From NCBI GenBank assembly GCA_963701075.1, contig OY969559.1:1792001-1856000 (forward strand): a DNA stretch of 64,000 bases. The letters run 5' to 3'. This stretch comes from an uncultured Nitrososphaerota archaeon. Its GTDB lineage: Archaea > Thermoproteota > Nitrososphaeria > Nitrososphaerales > Nitrosopumilaceae. Below, piece after piece: positions 19,324 through 28,580 of the stretch (position 1 is its first letter; each line of letters starts with the position of its first letter). The notes below the pieces were generated by a model, which had not been told where the DNA came from, did not search any database, and was given only the letters and a program-made list of their open reading frames with translations. Position numbers and translations under genes: made by a program.

Positions 19324-20361
19324 TTGGCTGATTTGGGCAAGAAAGCTGCAATCATCAAAGGAGATGGCACTGGTCCAGAACTTGTCGATGCTATGTTACG
19401 TGTTCTACGAGCTTGCAATACTCAAACTGAACTAATCTTGTGTGATGCAGGTTCTGAGCAGTGGGAAAAAAATGGTGGTGCCACCTACATTCCAGATTCG
19501 ACTATGAAATTGCTTGAAGAATGCAATGCATGTTACAAGGGACCTACTACAACAATTCCACGTCCCGATGCACCAAGAAGTGTGGCTGTTACCATACGTC
19601 AAAAATTTCAACTTTATAGTAATATCAGACCTATCAAGACATACGATAGGCTATCTCCAAACAAAAAATTGGATTTTGTTTGTTTCAGAGAAGCTACAGA
19701 GGGCCTCTATTCAGGAATTGAGTTCAAGATCTCCGATGATGCCGCTATTGCAATAAGGAAGACAACAAGAAAGGGCTGCCAAAGAATTGTCAAGGCTTCC
19801 TTTGCATGGGCAAAACAACGCAACATCAAAAAGATCTTTCCAATAACCAAGAGGAATATCCTAAAAGAGACAGATGGGATTTTCTGGAGCGAGGTAGAAA
19901 AAGCAAAGGCTGAGAACCCAGGTATCGAGGTAGAGGAATACTATATTGACAATATGACCCAGCAGTTGGTAAAAAATCCAGAGAGATTCAACGATTCAGT
20001 TTTGGTAAGTACCAATCTCTTCATGGATATCATATCAGAATGTGCATCAGGAAGCATCGGTTCAATTGGAAATGTCTATTCTGCCAATATAGGAGATTCT
20101 TATGCCATGTTTGAACCTGCCCATGGAAGTTCACCAAAATACAAAGGATTGGACAAGGTCAATCCCACGGCTGCTATTTTATCAGGCGCATGGATGGTTG
20201 AATATCTTGGTGAACCAGACATAAGAAATGCAATATTTGCTGCAACCGAGCAGGTAATCAATGAAGGAAAATATGTCACATACGATATTGGTGGAAATAC
20301 CAGCACTTCCAAGATGGCTGAAGTCATAGCAGATGTTTCAAAGCAAAAACTACGAAAGTAG
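19324..20361 (+). CDS. Isocitrate/isopropylmalate dehydrogenase family protein
   Basis: GDGTGPE, NLFMDIISE, FEPAHGSSP, VNPTAAILS. Confidence 0.9.
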   Translation: MADLGKKAAIIKGDGTGPELVDAMLRVLRACNTQTELILCDAGSEQWEKNGGATYIPDSTMKLLEECNACYKGPTTTIPRPDAPRSVAVTIRQKFQLYSNIRPIKTYDRLSPNKKLDFVCFREATEGLYSGIEFKISDDAAIAIRKTTRKGCQRIVKASFAWAKQRNIKKIFPITKRNILKETDGIFWSEVEKAKAENPGIEVEEYYIDNMTQQLVKNPERFNDSVLVSTNLFMDIISECASGSIGSIGNVYSANIGDSYAMFEPAHGSSPKYKGLDKVNPTAAILSGAWMVEYLGEPDIRNAIFAATEQVINEGKYVTYDIGGNTSTSKMAEVIADVSKQKLRK

Positions 20362-20362
20362 A

Positions 20363-21292
20363 TTATATTCTTGTGTTCAGGTGCGAGCGGGTAGATATTA
20401 CTAGAACGGAAGCAATTGACAATACAAGAATAAAGTAAGATAGTGGACCAAATTCTGGAACTGTAGTTTTTCCATTTAGTGTAAAGTTCGCTGATGTCGG
20501 ATTTGGTTCTTGGCCTACGCTAATCTTAGGAATGGAAATAATATCTGATGAATAATCATTGCTTTCATTGGTCTGCCCGATAAGATTGTCTGCAGCTGCT
20601 TCAAAATTTAATCTATATTTTCCAGATTGAGGGTTATTCCATACAAAACTTACTGGAGAACTCTGTTTTGCTGGAACATTTGCGGTAGTTATGTTGTTAT
20701 AAAAAAGATATCCGGTATCATTTAGTATCCGTAGCCTAAAAATTATCGAGTTTGCATCAGTGCCTCCAGTATTTTCAATCTGTTTTGTCACTACCAGTCC
20801 CTGACTTGCATTACTGCCTTCATTTGTTATCAAGAGTGAACCATTAACCCATCCAAGCTCAGCATGAGTTGGATTGTCGTTTCTTACAACAACTACGCCA
20901 GAAGGCCACATGTCTACCTTATCATAGTATTGATACTTTCCCACAGTACCGAAGAATTGTGTGAAGGAATGGCCAGGAAGTATTTGGCCGCTATCAAATA
21001 ATCCCATAGGGCCATAATTTGGAGTGCCTGCCGTAGCAGTATGAGTTCTGGCATCATTGTTTACCCATGTAACAGTAGAACCCGGAGATATGTCAACCTC
21101 AAAAGGCTCGTAACATGATTGATATGGCAAACAATTGTTGGATGTACCATTAACGATTGTTACTTGAGTGTCTGCGGCATATGCACCTCCTGTCAGCATG
21201 AAAAGACAAGCAAGTATTGATCCAATACCATACATTACATATCTTAATTTCAATGAATCAAAGACGATCATCTTAGAGATAAATCCACCCAT
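20363..21292 (-). CDS. Surface protein: cupredoxin-like domain, CARDB-like Ig domain, PEFG-CTERM anchor
   Basis: GSTVTWVNND..HTATAG..FDSG..PG..F; C-terminal VPEFG plus TM. Confidence 0.8.
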   Translation of the reverse strand: MGGFISKMIVFDSLKLRYVMYGIGSILACLFMLTGGAYAADTQVTIVNGTSNNCLPYQSCYEPFEVDISPGSTVTWVNNDARTHTATAGTPNYGPMGLFDSGQILPGHSFTQFFGTVGKYQYYDKVDMWPSGVVVVRNDNPTHAELGWVNGSLLITNEGSNASQGLVVTKQIENTGGTDANSIIFRLRILNDTGYLFYNNITTANVPAKQSSPVSFVWNNPQSGKYRLNFEAAADNLIGQTNESNDYSSDIISIPKISVGQEPNPTSANFTLNGKTTVPEFGPLSYFILVLSIASVLVISTRSHLNTRI

Positions 21293-21328
21293 GTCTTATG
21301 AGTAATGCTTATTCGCTTCCAGATAAGT

Positions 21329-21862
21329 TTAGAGTTTGACACATTCCACAAGTACCAGTTCTTCAAAGAACAGATTCTTTTTTGCAATTATTTTTACAGA
21401 AAAACCAAGGCTCTCAGTTCTTCTTACTAGTTCCTGATAATTTGCAAGAGATGATGTCAGGTATACCAGTTTGCCGTTCTGCCTGACCACTTTGCTTGCT
21501 GATTTTATTATGTTTATAGTAACGCCAAGACCTTCTGCCAAGCCATCTACTGCAGGGTCTGCAATTTCCTCTGATGGCAAATATGGTAAGTTACATACCA
21601 CTAGATCAAAATTGCAATTCAGAGCATCTGCCGCATTGCAGCAGATGCAATTTTCTACAATCTCATGTGCCTTTTTCAGCGCACGAAAATTGATATCAGT
21701 AGCCACTACAAATTCAAAATTATCAGATAAAACCCTTGCAAGAAAACCAGATCCTGTTCCTATGTCAAGCGCAGTGTTTCCTTTTTCGTTTTGAATGTGG
21801 TCAGCTAGAAATAGTGTGTCCTCTGCTGGCTTGTAATATTCATCAAATGATTTTTTTTGCAA
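21329..21862 (-). CDS. HemK-related N5-glutamine methyltransferase
   Basis: YKPAEDTLFL, LDIGTGSG, NLPY. Confidence 0.85.
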   Translation of the reverse strand: MQKKSFDEYYKPAEDTLFLADHIQNEKGNTALDIGTGSGFLARVLSDNFEFVVATDINFRALKKAHEIVENCICCNAADALNCNFDLVVCNLPYLPSEEIADPAVDGLAEGLGVTINIIKSASKVVRQNGKLVYLTSSLANYQELVRRTESLGFSVKIIAKKNLFFEELVLVECVKL

Positions 21863-22550
21863 TATCGATTATTTCTCCATCAGATAGGTCTTCCAGTCTT
21901 TTATCAGAGTCTATAGTCAGGTTAAATTGTCTTGCAACATTTCGTACCGTCTTTCTTCTAAAGGAAAAGAGATTATTGACTGCCATTATGATGTCTTCAG
22001 ATACGCTTTGTTTTGGTTCAAGGTACAATACCACTGAATCAACCTTTGGTTGAGGCTGAAAATTTGTTTTCTTGACATCCATGAGCTTTGTCATTTCCAT
22101 GCAATAGCTGGCAAGTACAGAGATGGCTCTTCTGCCCTTCCCCTTTCCTGCAAGCAACTTTTGAGCAAATTCCTTCTGAACCATTATTACTGCGTGAGAA
22201 AACTTCCTTTGTACTAGCCATTCCATGGCATTTCTGCTCTCAGAATACGGTAGATTTGAGACAAATACGGTAAAATCCATGTCCATCTCAAAGGCATCAC
22301 CATGCTCCAGAGTCAGATTTGGGACATTGGAGAATTTTCTTTTTGCATCAATGTAGAGTCTAGAATCCTTCTCAACAGAGATCACACTTTTTGCCTTATC
22401 ACACAGGTAAGGAATCAGTATGCCTCTACCAGTTCCCACTTCGAGAACAACATCACTTTTTTTTATGGCAGCAAGATCAACTATAGATTTTGCAATTAAA
22501 TCAGATGTTAGGAAATGTTGCCCCAGTGAATGGCGTTTATTTTCTGACAA
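21843..22550 (-). CDS. rsmA: 16S rRNA dimethyladenosine transferase
   Basis: LGQHFL, VLEVGTGRG, SNLPY, MVQKEFA, PQPKVDS. Confidence 0.95.
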   Translation of the reverse strand: MSENKRHSLGQHFLTSDLIAKSIVDLAAIKKSDVVLEVGTGRGILIPYLCDKAKSVISVEKDSRLYIDAKRKFSNVPNLTLEHGDAFEMDMDFTVFVSNLPYSESRNAMEWLVQRKFSHAVIMVQKEFAQKLLAGKGKGRRAISVLASYCMEMTKLMDVKKTNFQPQPKVDSVVLYLEPKQSVSEDIIMAVNNLFSFRRKTVRNVARQFNLTIDSDKRLEDLSDGEIIDIAKKII

Positions 22551-23097
22551 AGAGATTCATCCTAGTTTCACCAGTGATCTCTTCGATGATTCTCTTTGCA
22601 ACTTGTTTTGCAGGTTCTTTGAGTCCCACTCTTCCTTGCAGGTCCTTGAAATCAGAAAATTTTCGTTTTTCTCGCTCTTCAAGCATTGTCTTCATGTAGG
22701 TTTTTCCAATACCTGGAATCAATTCTAGTGCATGTATTCTAGGAGTCAGGGGCTGGGCATTGTTTAGATAATCTACAAATCTTTGTTCGTTCTGCATGAC
22801 TATCTTTTCAACCACAGATATTAGTTCACTTTGTGCAGAAGATGAGATTTGATTAAATTCTAGCCTTCCCAGTACTGAAAGAATTTTTGTTCTTCCTTCC
22901 TTTCCTATGTAAACACGTTCACCAATTTCAAAAGTAGAATTTGGCATTGCAAGTAACTCTAGTATCGTAAGCCTTTCCTCACCTAATGCTGTAACAATAA
23001 TTCCATCTCTTCCTCTTACGGTGGTGGACTTGCCCCTAGTTACAAAATCTAATACGTATGCGTACTCTTCATACTTTCTAGTTTGAGCTCTCTCCAA
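22537..23097 (-). CDS. DUF655 RNA-binding protein
   Basis: EEYAYVLD, HALELIPGIGK HhH; conserved rpl21e-rpo4-DUF655-ksgA synteny. Confidence 0.9.
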   Translation of the reverse strand: MERAQTRKYEEYAYVLDFVTRGKSTTVRGRDGIIVTALGEERLTILELLAMPNSTFEIGERVYIGKEGRTKILSVLGRLEFNQISSSAQSELISVVEKIVMQNEQRFVDYLNNAQPLTPRIHALELIPGIGKTYMKTMLEEREKRKFSDFKDLQGRVGLKEPAKQVAKRIIEEITGETRMNLFVRK

Positions 23098-23116
23098 GAA
23101 AACTCTACTCCTGAAA

Positions 23117-23443
23117 TCAGGCGTTCTCCTTGATAAGCTTTAGCATTTTTTCAAGCGTTTCTGCTAGAATAAGTTTTTTCCAGCCAAAAGTAAACGCTCT
23201 CAGTTCGGCCTCAGTAGTTGGAAGATTGTTTACAATCTCAACTGCTTCTTCGTCAGTGATGCTGCAATCTTTGACAAGTTGTTGCTTGAGTTTTTTTCCG
23301 GCCTTTGAATCGATTTTTGCAAACTTGGTAACATAATCATATGTCCATCGCTGAATTTGATCCATAGATTCAGGATCTACCTTTTCCATAATTTCTTTAA
23401 CCTCTGGGATAGAGATAGGTTGTTTTTTCTTAACTTCTTCCAT
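23117..23443 (-). CDS. rpo4: RNA polymerase subunit Rpo4 (F)
   Basis: Synteny; YDYVTKFAK, EAVEIVNNLPTTEAELR. Confidence 0.9.
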   Translation of the reverse strand: MEEVKKKQPISIPEVKEIMEKVDPESMDQIQRWTYDYVTKFAKIDSKAGKKLKQQLVKDCSITDEEAVEIVNNLPTTEAELRAFTFGWKKLILAETLEKMLKLIKENA

Positions 23444-23445
23444 AT

Positions 23446-23745
23446 TTACACACCAAACGGTTTGATATGGTCTAACCTAGTGATTAAGGTTTTTGATTTT
23501 TTACCAAGATTGACTGCTAATTTTACTGTCCTGCGCCCCACTTCTTTTACAGTACCTACCTTTCCATGATACCTACGATGTGGTAGAGCTTTATGTTGAG
23601 ACGGGTCTATTATCACTAAGACTTTGTCCCCGACCTTGTACTCTCGCAGTAAGAATGAGACTCCTCTAACCTCGTCCTTTGTCATTACGGATCGCGCCTT
23701 GTGCATAAATCCGTGAGAGTGACCTCGCGGCTTCTTAGTAGTCAT
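23446..23745 (-). CDS. rpl21e: 50S ribosomal protein L21e
   Basis: YKVGDKV.IIDPS.HKALPHRRYHGKVG. Confidence 0.95.
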   Translation of the reverse strand: MTTKKPRGHSHGFMHKARSVMTKDEVRGVSFLLREYKVGDKVLVIIDPSQHKALPHRRYHGKVGTVKEVGRRTVKLAVNLGKKSKTLITRLDHIKPFGV

Positions 23746-23858
23746 ATCGCTAAGACTCTAGTTGACCTTAATTTAACACTTACTAGCGGTAAAAAGGAAA
23801 GTCGGTCTTGTTTTGGGTCTTGAGAACTTCAATAACTGACAAATAAAGGAAATGAGGT

Positions 23859-24858
23859 TTATTCCTCTGGATCTTCTTTCTTTTTCTTCTTTGTCTCTTC
23901 TTCTGGGTCTGCTACACCACCCTCGGTAACAGTAAAGAGTACTTCTTGTTCGGGGTGATGTGGGCTGTCTACCATTCTTGCAATTCTCTTCTTACCAGAT
24001 TTCTTTAGGTAAACACGATAAGTTGAGGCGTGACCGACAACATTTCCTCCGACTGGTCTTGTTGGATCTCCAAAGAACGTGTCAGGAGATGACTGAACTT
24101 GGTTGGTAGCTATTATTGCAACATTATACGCTTCAGCAGTTCTAGCAAGCAAATGCATGAACTTGTTTAGTCTTTGTTGTCTTACGGAGAGAGTTCCTCT
24201 ACCAAGATATTCTGCTCTGAACAATCCAACTGCAGAATCTACTACAATTAATTTTATCTTGTTTTCTTCAACTACAGGACCAACTTCTTGCATTATTAGT
24301 TCTTGGTGAGAGCTATTGTATGCTTTTGCTACTATGATTCTGTCAAGGGCTTTTTCTGGATCTAATCCTTTTGCTTTTGCAATTGAGACAATTCTTTCTG
24401 GTCTGAATGTTCCTTCTGTATCAATATACAAAACTCCTCCATCTAGTCCACCTTCTTCTTTTGGTTTTTGTACATTTACACATAATGTGTGACAAAGTTG
24501 TGTCTTTCCAGAGCCAAATTCACCATAGACTTCTGTAACTGCTTGTGTTTCGATTCCTCCATCAAATAGAGTATCAAGTGAATTAGTTCCAGTAGAGATC
24601 TTGCCTATATCCTGTCTTCTTTTGTAGATCTCAGTTGCGCTGACAAACTCTTTTTGAAGTTGACCGTTTTCAACCAGTTGTTGTCTTGCCTTGTTTACTA
24701 TTTTTACAGCTGCATCAATATCCATACCGGTAATTTCAGATATATCCACGGGACCTCTTACAACAAGATCCAGTATGTTATGGACTCCTGCATCACTGAG
24801 ACTTCTTGGAAGTTACGGGGCCTACCCCTTCTAGACTTTCTAATCTTAAATCATCCAT
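23859..24858 (-). CDS. radA: DNA repair and recombination protein RadA; +1 frameshift near 24801
   Basis: MDDLRLESLEGVGPVTSKK/LSDAG HhH domain, GEFGSGKTQL, YIDTEGTFRPER, ARMVDSP; span is 3n+1. Confidence 0.95.
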
Positions 24859-24860
24859 CT

Positions 24861-24877
24861 TACCGTATGTTACGGTA
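24861..24877. promoter_or_regulatory. Perfect palindrome between radA TATA box and start codon
   Basis: TACCGTA-TGT-TACGGTA; TTTATTA on the minus strand at about 24886-24892. Confidence 0.45.
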
Positions 24878-25006
24878 CGAGTACCTAATAAAGATATTGT
24901 TTGAAGGCTCTGTAAAGTTATCGGCTCAGCAAAAAACTGTAAAAATCGGCTCATTTGGACACCCTTTTAAAACACAGACACGATCTTCGAAACTAAGAAA
25001 CTATCA

Positions 25007-25804
25007 ATGTTTTACCAATGGATTATCAAAATTTTGGGTGTTATGCTTGGAAGTGTTTTAACAGTCTTGACTTTAATATTTCCAAATGCTACCAAAGCCT
25101 TCCTGATTGCTCATTTAGGAATAACAGACTCGACAATTGTGTCAGATTTGATATTTGGAACGGGTATAGTAGTAGCAATTGGAGTGGCTATCATCATAAT
25201 TCATAGTATACTCAAACATCTAGGGTATAGAATTATTCGTCAGGAAAATGGATTAACAAAACCAATGCCAAATCAAGAATTAGATAAAAAACCTCAAAAT
25301 GGTTCTCGGGATGAATTATTATTGGATAGTACAAGTACAATTAGTCCACAAACAAAAGAACAACAAGAATTGTACAAGGAAAAACCCCAAAAATCAAAGT
25401 TAGAAGATCTAATACAGGAATTAGACGCATTTAGGAAAAAATGGTCAAAACGTCGTGGTTGGAAAATTGGTTATCGTAGTAATATTCAAGACAGAAATAT
25501 GGGTAAGGGCACTATAGAAGAATTACGAGAGAAATCAAGACAGATACAATGGAAAATTAAATACTTTAAAGAATTAGAAATCGCAGATTCTCAAAATGTT
25601 CTCATTCCGTTAGAACAAATTGCAGATAGAATAACAGCTTTCACATTAGAAATCGAATCAACTTTTCAGGATAAATATCTAAAAGAAGCTAAGAAAATAG
25701 AATCTGAAAAAATAAACCGACTTCTATTAGATGGAGATAGAATCAATGGAGAGTTGAAATTGCTTATTCAACAATTAGAATCGTTAATAAGAAAACTACC
25801 ATGA
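25007..25804 (+). CDS. Cargo protein: two N-terminal TM helices plus coiled-coil domain, unknown function
   Basis: AT-rich ORF inside the element. Confidence 0.65.
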   Translation: MFYQWIIKILGVMLGSVLTVLTLIFPNATKAFLIAHLGITDSTIVSDLIFGTGIVVAIGVAIIIIHSILKHLGYRIIRQENGLTKPMPNQELDKKPQNGSRDELLLDSTSTISPQTKEQQELYKEKPQKSKLEDLIQELDAFRKKWSKRRGWKIGYRSNIQDRNMGKGTIEELREKSRQIQWKIKYFKELEIADSQNVLIPLEQIADRITAFTLEIESTFQDKYLKEAKKIESEKINRLLLDGDRINGELKLLIQQLESLIRKLP

Positions 25805-25808
25805 TGAG

Positions 25809-25949
25809 CTATCCTGATTTTCTTAAATACTCACTTAGTATGACTCTAATAGTTTCAGGTAACGTTTCTAACATTCTTTCCTTACGTTCCTTCTCTAATG
25901 CCCGTTCCATTTCTTCAGGTATAGAAACCATAAATCGCTTCATTGCCAT
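25809..25949 (-). CDS. Ribbon-helix-helix (CopG-like) regulator divergent from transposase
   Basis: MAMKRFMVSIPEEMERALEKERKERMLETLPETIRVILSEYL. Confidence 0.75.
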   Translation of the reverse strand: MAMKRFMVSIPEEMERALEKERKERMLETLPETIRVILSEYLRKSG

Positions 25950-25950
25950 G

Positions 25951-26009
25951 TACTTATTGATACTTATAGATATATTTAATAATATCGCTATGTATAGTAT
26001 CAATAGGTA
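25951..26009. promoter_or_regulatory. Inverted repeat flanking divergent RHH/transposase promoters
   Basis: TACTTATTGATACT (25951-25964) and AGTATCAATAGGTA (25996-26009), 13/14 match. Confidence 0.55.
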
Positions 26010-26013
26010 TCTA

Positions 26014-27171
26014 ATGAAACAACTAGACAAATGCAATAGAGAGGAAAGCGGAAAGGAAATAGCCCTTAATCCCAATCAGCAGATTCTAAGAATCAACGAT
26101 TACACTTATCACGTAAAATCACAGACTACCAAGAGAGAATATGACGTAATCTCTACTGAAAGCGGTTGGATTTGCACATGCCCAGATCACACATACAGAA
26201 AGATATGCTGTAAGCATATCCACGCAGTAGAATTTTCAATCAGGCTTCGAGAACAAGTGCGAAAGGAAAGATCAGTAACCATACAACAAGTAAACGTAAC
26301 TGCTTGCCCTGATTGCATGTCTGAGAACTTTGTAAGGCATGGAATCAGACACAACAAGCTTGGAGATATTCAAAGATACTATTGCAACGACTGTAAGAAA
26401 TGGTTCAGTTTCAATCTCGGATTTGAAAAGATGCACGCCACACCACAGGCGATAACATCAGCAATGCAACTCTATTTTACAGGCGAATCACTAAGAAGCG
26501 TTCAAAAGTTCTTGAAACTTCAAGGAATCAAAGTTTCTCACATGACCGTTTACAACTGGATCAGCAAATACACTAGTCTAATGGAAAAGTATCTCGAAAA
26601 GATAACTCCACAGGTAGGAGATACTTGGAGAGCCGATGAAGTGTGGGTAAAGGTAAAAGGCGACAAAAAGTATCTATTTGCACTGATGGATGATGAAACA
26701 CGATACTGGATAGCAAAGGAAGTGTCAGACAAGAAGGAAGGTCACGATGCTAGCGGACTATTTAGAGAAGCAAAGCAAGTAACAAAGACTAGTCCTAAAG
26801 TTATGATAACAGACGGCTTACCATCTTATGATGAAGCATTTAGGAAGGAATTTTTCACACAAAAGAATCCTAGAACCGTTCACATCAAGCATATCAGAAT
26901 GTCAGGGGATATGAATAACAATAAAATGGAAAGACTCAACGGTGAGTTTAGAGATAGAGAAAAAGTAGTCAGAGGACTAAAGAAGGAAGATTCGCCACTG
27001 ATTAACGGTTATCAGATATTTCACAACTATATCCGACCACACATGGCTTTAGACGGCAAGACACCAAGCGAAGCTTGCGGTATAAAGATCGAGGGTGACA
27101 ACAAGTGGCTTACACTAATTCAAAATGCCGAAATGAGCCGACAATTTACAGGGAGAAAAATGTGCCGTTGA
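26014..27171 (+). CDS. IS6/IS240-type DDE transposase with N-terminal SWIM Zn finger and IS1-like Zn ribbon
   Basis: CTCPD..CCKHIHAV (SWIM), CPDC..QRYYCNDC, WRADE, ITDG..SY, NNKMER, HNYIRPH. Confidence 0.9.
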   Translation: MKQLDKCNREESGKEIALNPNQQILRINDYTYHVKSQTTKREYDVISTESGWICTCPDHTYRKICCKHIHAVEFSIRLREQVRKERSVTIQQVNVTACPDCMSENFVRHGIRHNKLGDIQRYYCNDCKKWFSFNLGFEKMHATPQAITSAMQLYFTGESLRSVQKFLKLQGIKVSHMTVYNWISKYTSLMEKYLEKITPQVGDTWRADEVWVKVKGDKKYLFALMDDETRYWIAKEVSDKKEGHDASGLFREAKQVTKTSPKVMITDGLPSYDEAFRKEFFTQKNPRTVHIKHIRMSGDMNNNKMERLNGEFRDREKVVRGLKKEDSPLINGYQIFHNYIRPHMALDGKTPSEACGIKIEGDNKWLTLIQNAEMSRQFTGRKMCR

Positions 27172-27240
27172 TTGTACAGAGCCTGTTTGAAGGTGCTGTA
27201 TAATCTGCGGTTGATAAATTTACTGTAAAGAATCGGTTGA

Positions 27241-27543
27241 TTATGGAATTGTAGGATTTTCTTTTGTACTTCTAATGTTCTGCATTCTGATCTGTTCTTC
27301 TTTTTTTACACTTGCCAAACATTTTAAAAATTTATCATGACCGATTTTGCTTTTATTAATGAAGTAACGTATCTGGATCTCTGGAATGTGATTTTTTCTA
27401 GGCAGTAAAATCTCAGTTTTTCCATCATATAGTAAAAAATTATCTACGACTGGCGGTCCTAACTTAAAACCATATTTCATAAAAACGGGTAACAAAATGT
27501 ACCAACTTTCATCTCTTGGTACCTTCAGACTTGGTGGATCCAT
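27241..27543 (-). CDS. HicA-like protein (divergent)
   Basis: LPVFMKYGF...ILLPRKNHIP..IRYFINKSKIGHDKFL fits HicA pattern; no GSH catalytic motif. Confidence 0.45.
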   Translation of the reverse strand: MDPPSLKVPRDESWYILLPVFMKYGFKLGPPVVDNFLLYDGKTEILLPRKNHIPEIQIRYFINKSKIGHDKFLKCLASVKKEEQIRMQNIRSTKENPTIP

Positions 27544-27555
27544 TAAGATCCACGA

Positions 27556-27804
27556 TTAACAGCGTACTTTAAAACTCTTTAATCCCGCTGTACTTGCTCT
27601 AGAGCTTTTTAAAATATCATGAGCTATCGGTGAGGTATGCAGATATGCTACAGCTAGATCTTTTAATTTATTATTCACTATTTTGGACGTATCCCCATAA
27701 GCAGACACAGCTGGAAGATTGGCGATATAGCCAAAGTAGTTTCCTTTTGAATCAACTTTGAGGTCATAGTTCAATATGTGAACGCATCCTCTTGGCATTG
27801 TCAT
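27556..27804 (-). CDS. HicB-like antitoxin (partial RNase H fold only)
   Basis: YFGYIANLPAVSAYGDTSKIVNNKLKDLAVAYL. Confidence 0.6.
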   Translation of the reverse strand: MTMPRGCVHILNYDLKVDSKGNYFGYIANLPAVSAYGDTSKIVNNKLKDLAVAYLHTSPIAHDILKSSRASTAGLKSFKVRC

Positions 27805-27847
27805 GTTATAATTAACAATAAACGATTATTTAGAAATTACTCATTTG

Positions 27848-27875
27848 GTATCACACTTTTTTTTTATTGTGATAC
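27848..27875. promoter_or_regulatory. Inverted repeat upstream of hicB-like gene
   Basis: GTATCACA-N12-TGTGATAC. Confidence 0.35.
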
Positions 27876-27899
27876 TAGAGTGGTAATAGAGACATCTTT

Positions 27900-28111
27900 C
27901 TACCTTACATGAGAGGCGTTCTCAATAATGGTTTTCCATTTATTCTCACCCTTAATCTCAATTCCTGCCCTGTCTGCTGGCGTTTGACCGTCTAGTGCCA
28001 TGCGCGGTCACGTAATTATGAAAGATTTGATAGCCCTTAATCAAAGGCGAGTCGTCTTTTTTCAATCCCCTTACTACCTTTTCATGATCTCGGATCTCCC
28101 ATTCAATCTCT
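27900..28111 (-). pseudogene. 3' fragment of IS6-like transposase (frameshifted)
   Basis: EIRDHEKVVRGLKKDDSPLIKGYQIFHNYV/HMALDGQTPADRAGIEIKGENKWKTIIENA aligns to C-terminus of 26014-27171. Confidence 0.85.
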
Positions 28112-28139
28112 GGTTCTGTCAACTTGATAGCACATCCCT

Positions 28140-28388
28140 TCACTTTTTCTCCGTGTCAACTGTAGGTTCATTTTTACCATTCCATACGTGATACATTCTG
28201 AGGGAATACAGAATACTAATCAGTATTACTATCCCAAACATAACAAAGAGTAATGGAATACCTGTCGTCAGTTTATCTGGTGTTAATTGATACTTTTGTA
28301 TAACAAAGTAGGAAATTATTGAGTAGATAGCCGTAATAATAACAACTCTTGCAATGAGGTCTTTAGTAACCGTTCCAAAAATTCTCAT
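28140..28388 (-). CDS. Two-TM small cargo protein
   Basis: Two hydrophobic segments; start overlaps the transposase-fragment stop (ATGA). Confidence 0.6.
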   Translation of the reverse strand: MRIFGTVTKDLIARVVIITAIYSIISYFVIQKYQLTPDKLTTGIPLLFVMFGIVILISILYSLRMYHVWNGKNEPTVDTEKK

Positions 28389-28580
28389 GTTTGTTTTTCA
28401 CTCGCATTTTGAATTAAGGTTTTCCACTTGTCATTCCCATGAATTGTTATACCACGAACTTCCGCAGGAGTCTTACCTTCTAAAGCCATGCAAGGTCTAA
28501 TGTAGTTATAAAATATCTAATAGCCTGAGATTAACGGAGAATTTTTCTTTTTGATTCCTTGTACACTTTCTCTCTGTCAA
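28385..28580 (-). pseudogene. Second degenerate IS6-like transposase 3' fragment
   Basis: DREKV/QGIKKKNSPLISGY*IFYNYIRPCMALEGKTPAEVRGITIHGNDKWKTLIQNA. Confidence 0.8.

Larger units (their letters stand above)
24906..27183 (+). mobile_element. IS6-family-like cargo-carrying element (2278 bp) with 8-bp target duplication
   Basis: Terminal IRs GGCTCTGTA/TACAGAGCC; TGTTTGAA at 24898-24905 and 27184-27191; two CTGTA..CGGC(T/A)CA sites per end; DDE transposase. Confidence 0.9.
27192..28111 (-). mobile_element. Truncated related IS6-like element: terminus, hicBA-like cargo, transposase 3' fragment
   Basis: End GGTGCTGTATAATCTGCGGTTGA..CTGTAAAGAATCGGTTGA has the same two-site design as the intact element. 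Confidence 0.7.

Noticed and set aside
25801-26013. N-terminal extension of the transposase in the ORF track
   Set aside because: Antisense to the RHH gene and spans the promoter repeat; ATG at 26014 is preferred.
24898-27240. Long direct repeats (LTR- or att-like) at 24898 and 27184
   Set aside because: Explained by the 8-bp target duplication followed by the terminus of a related element.
27958-28143. 61-aa ORF as a real gene
   Set aside because: Chimera of an IS end and a frameshifted transposase fragment.
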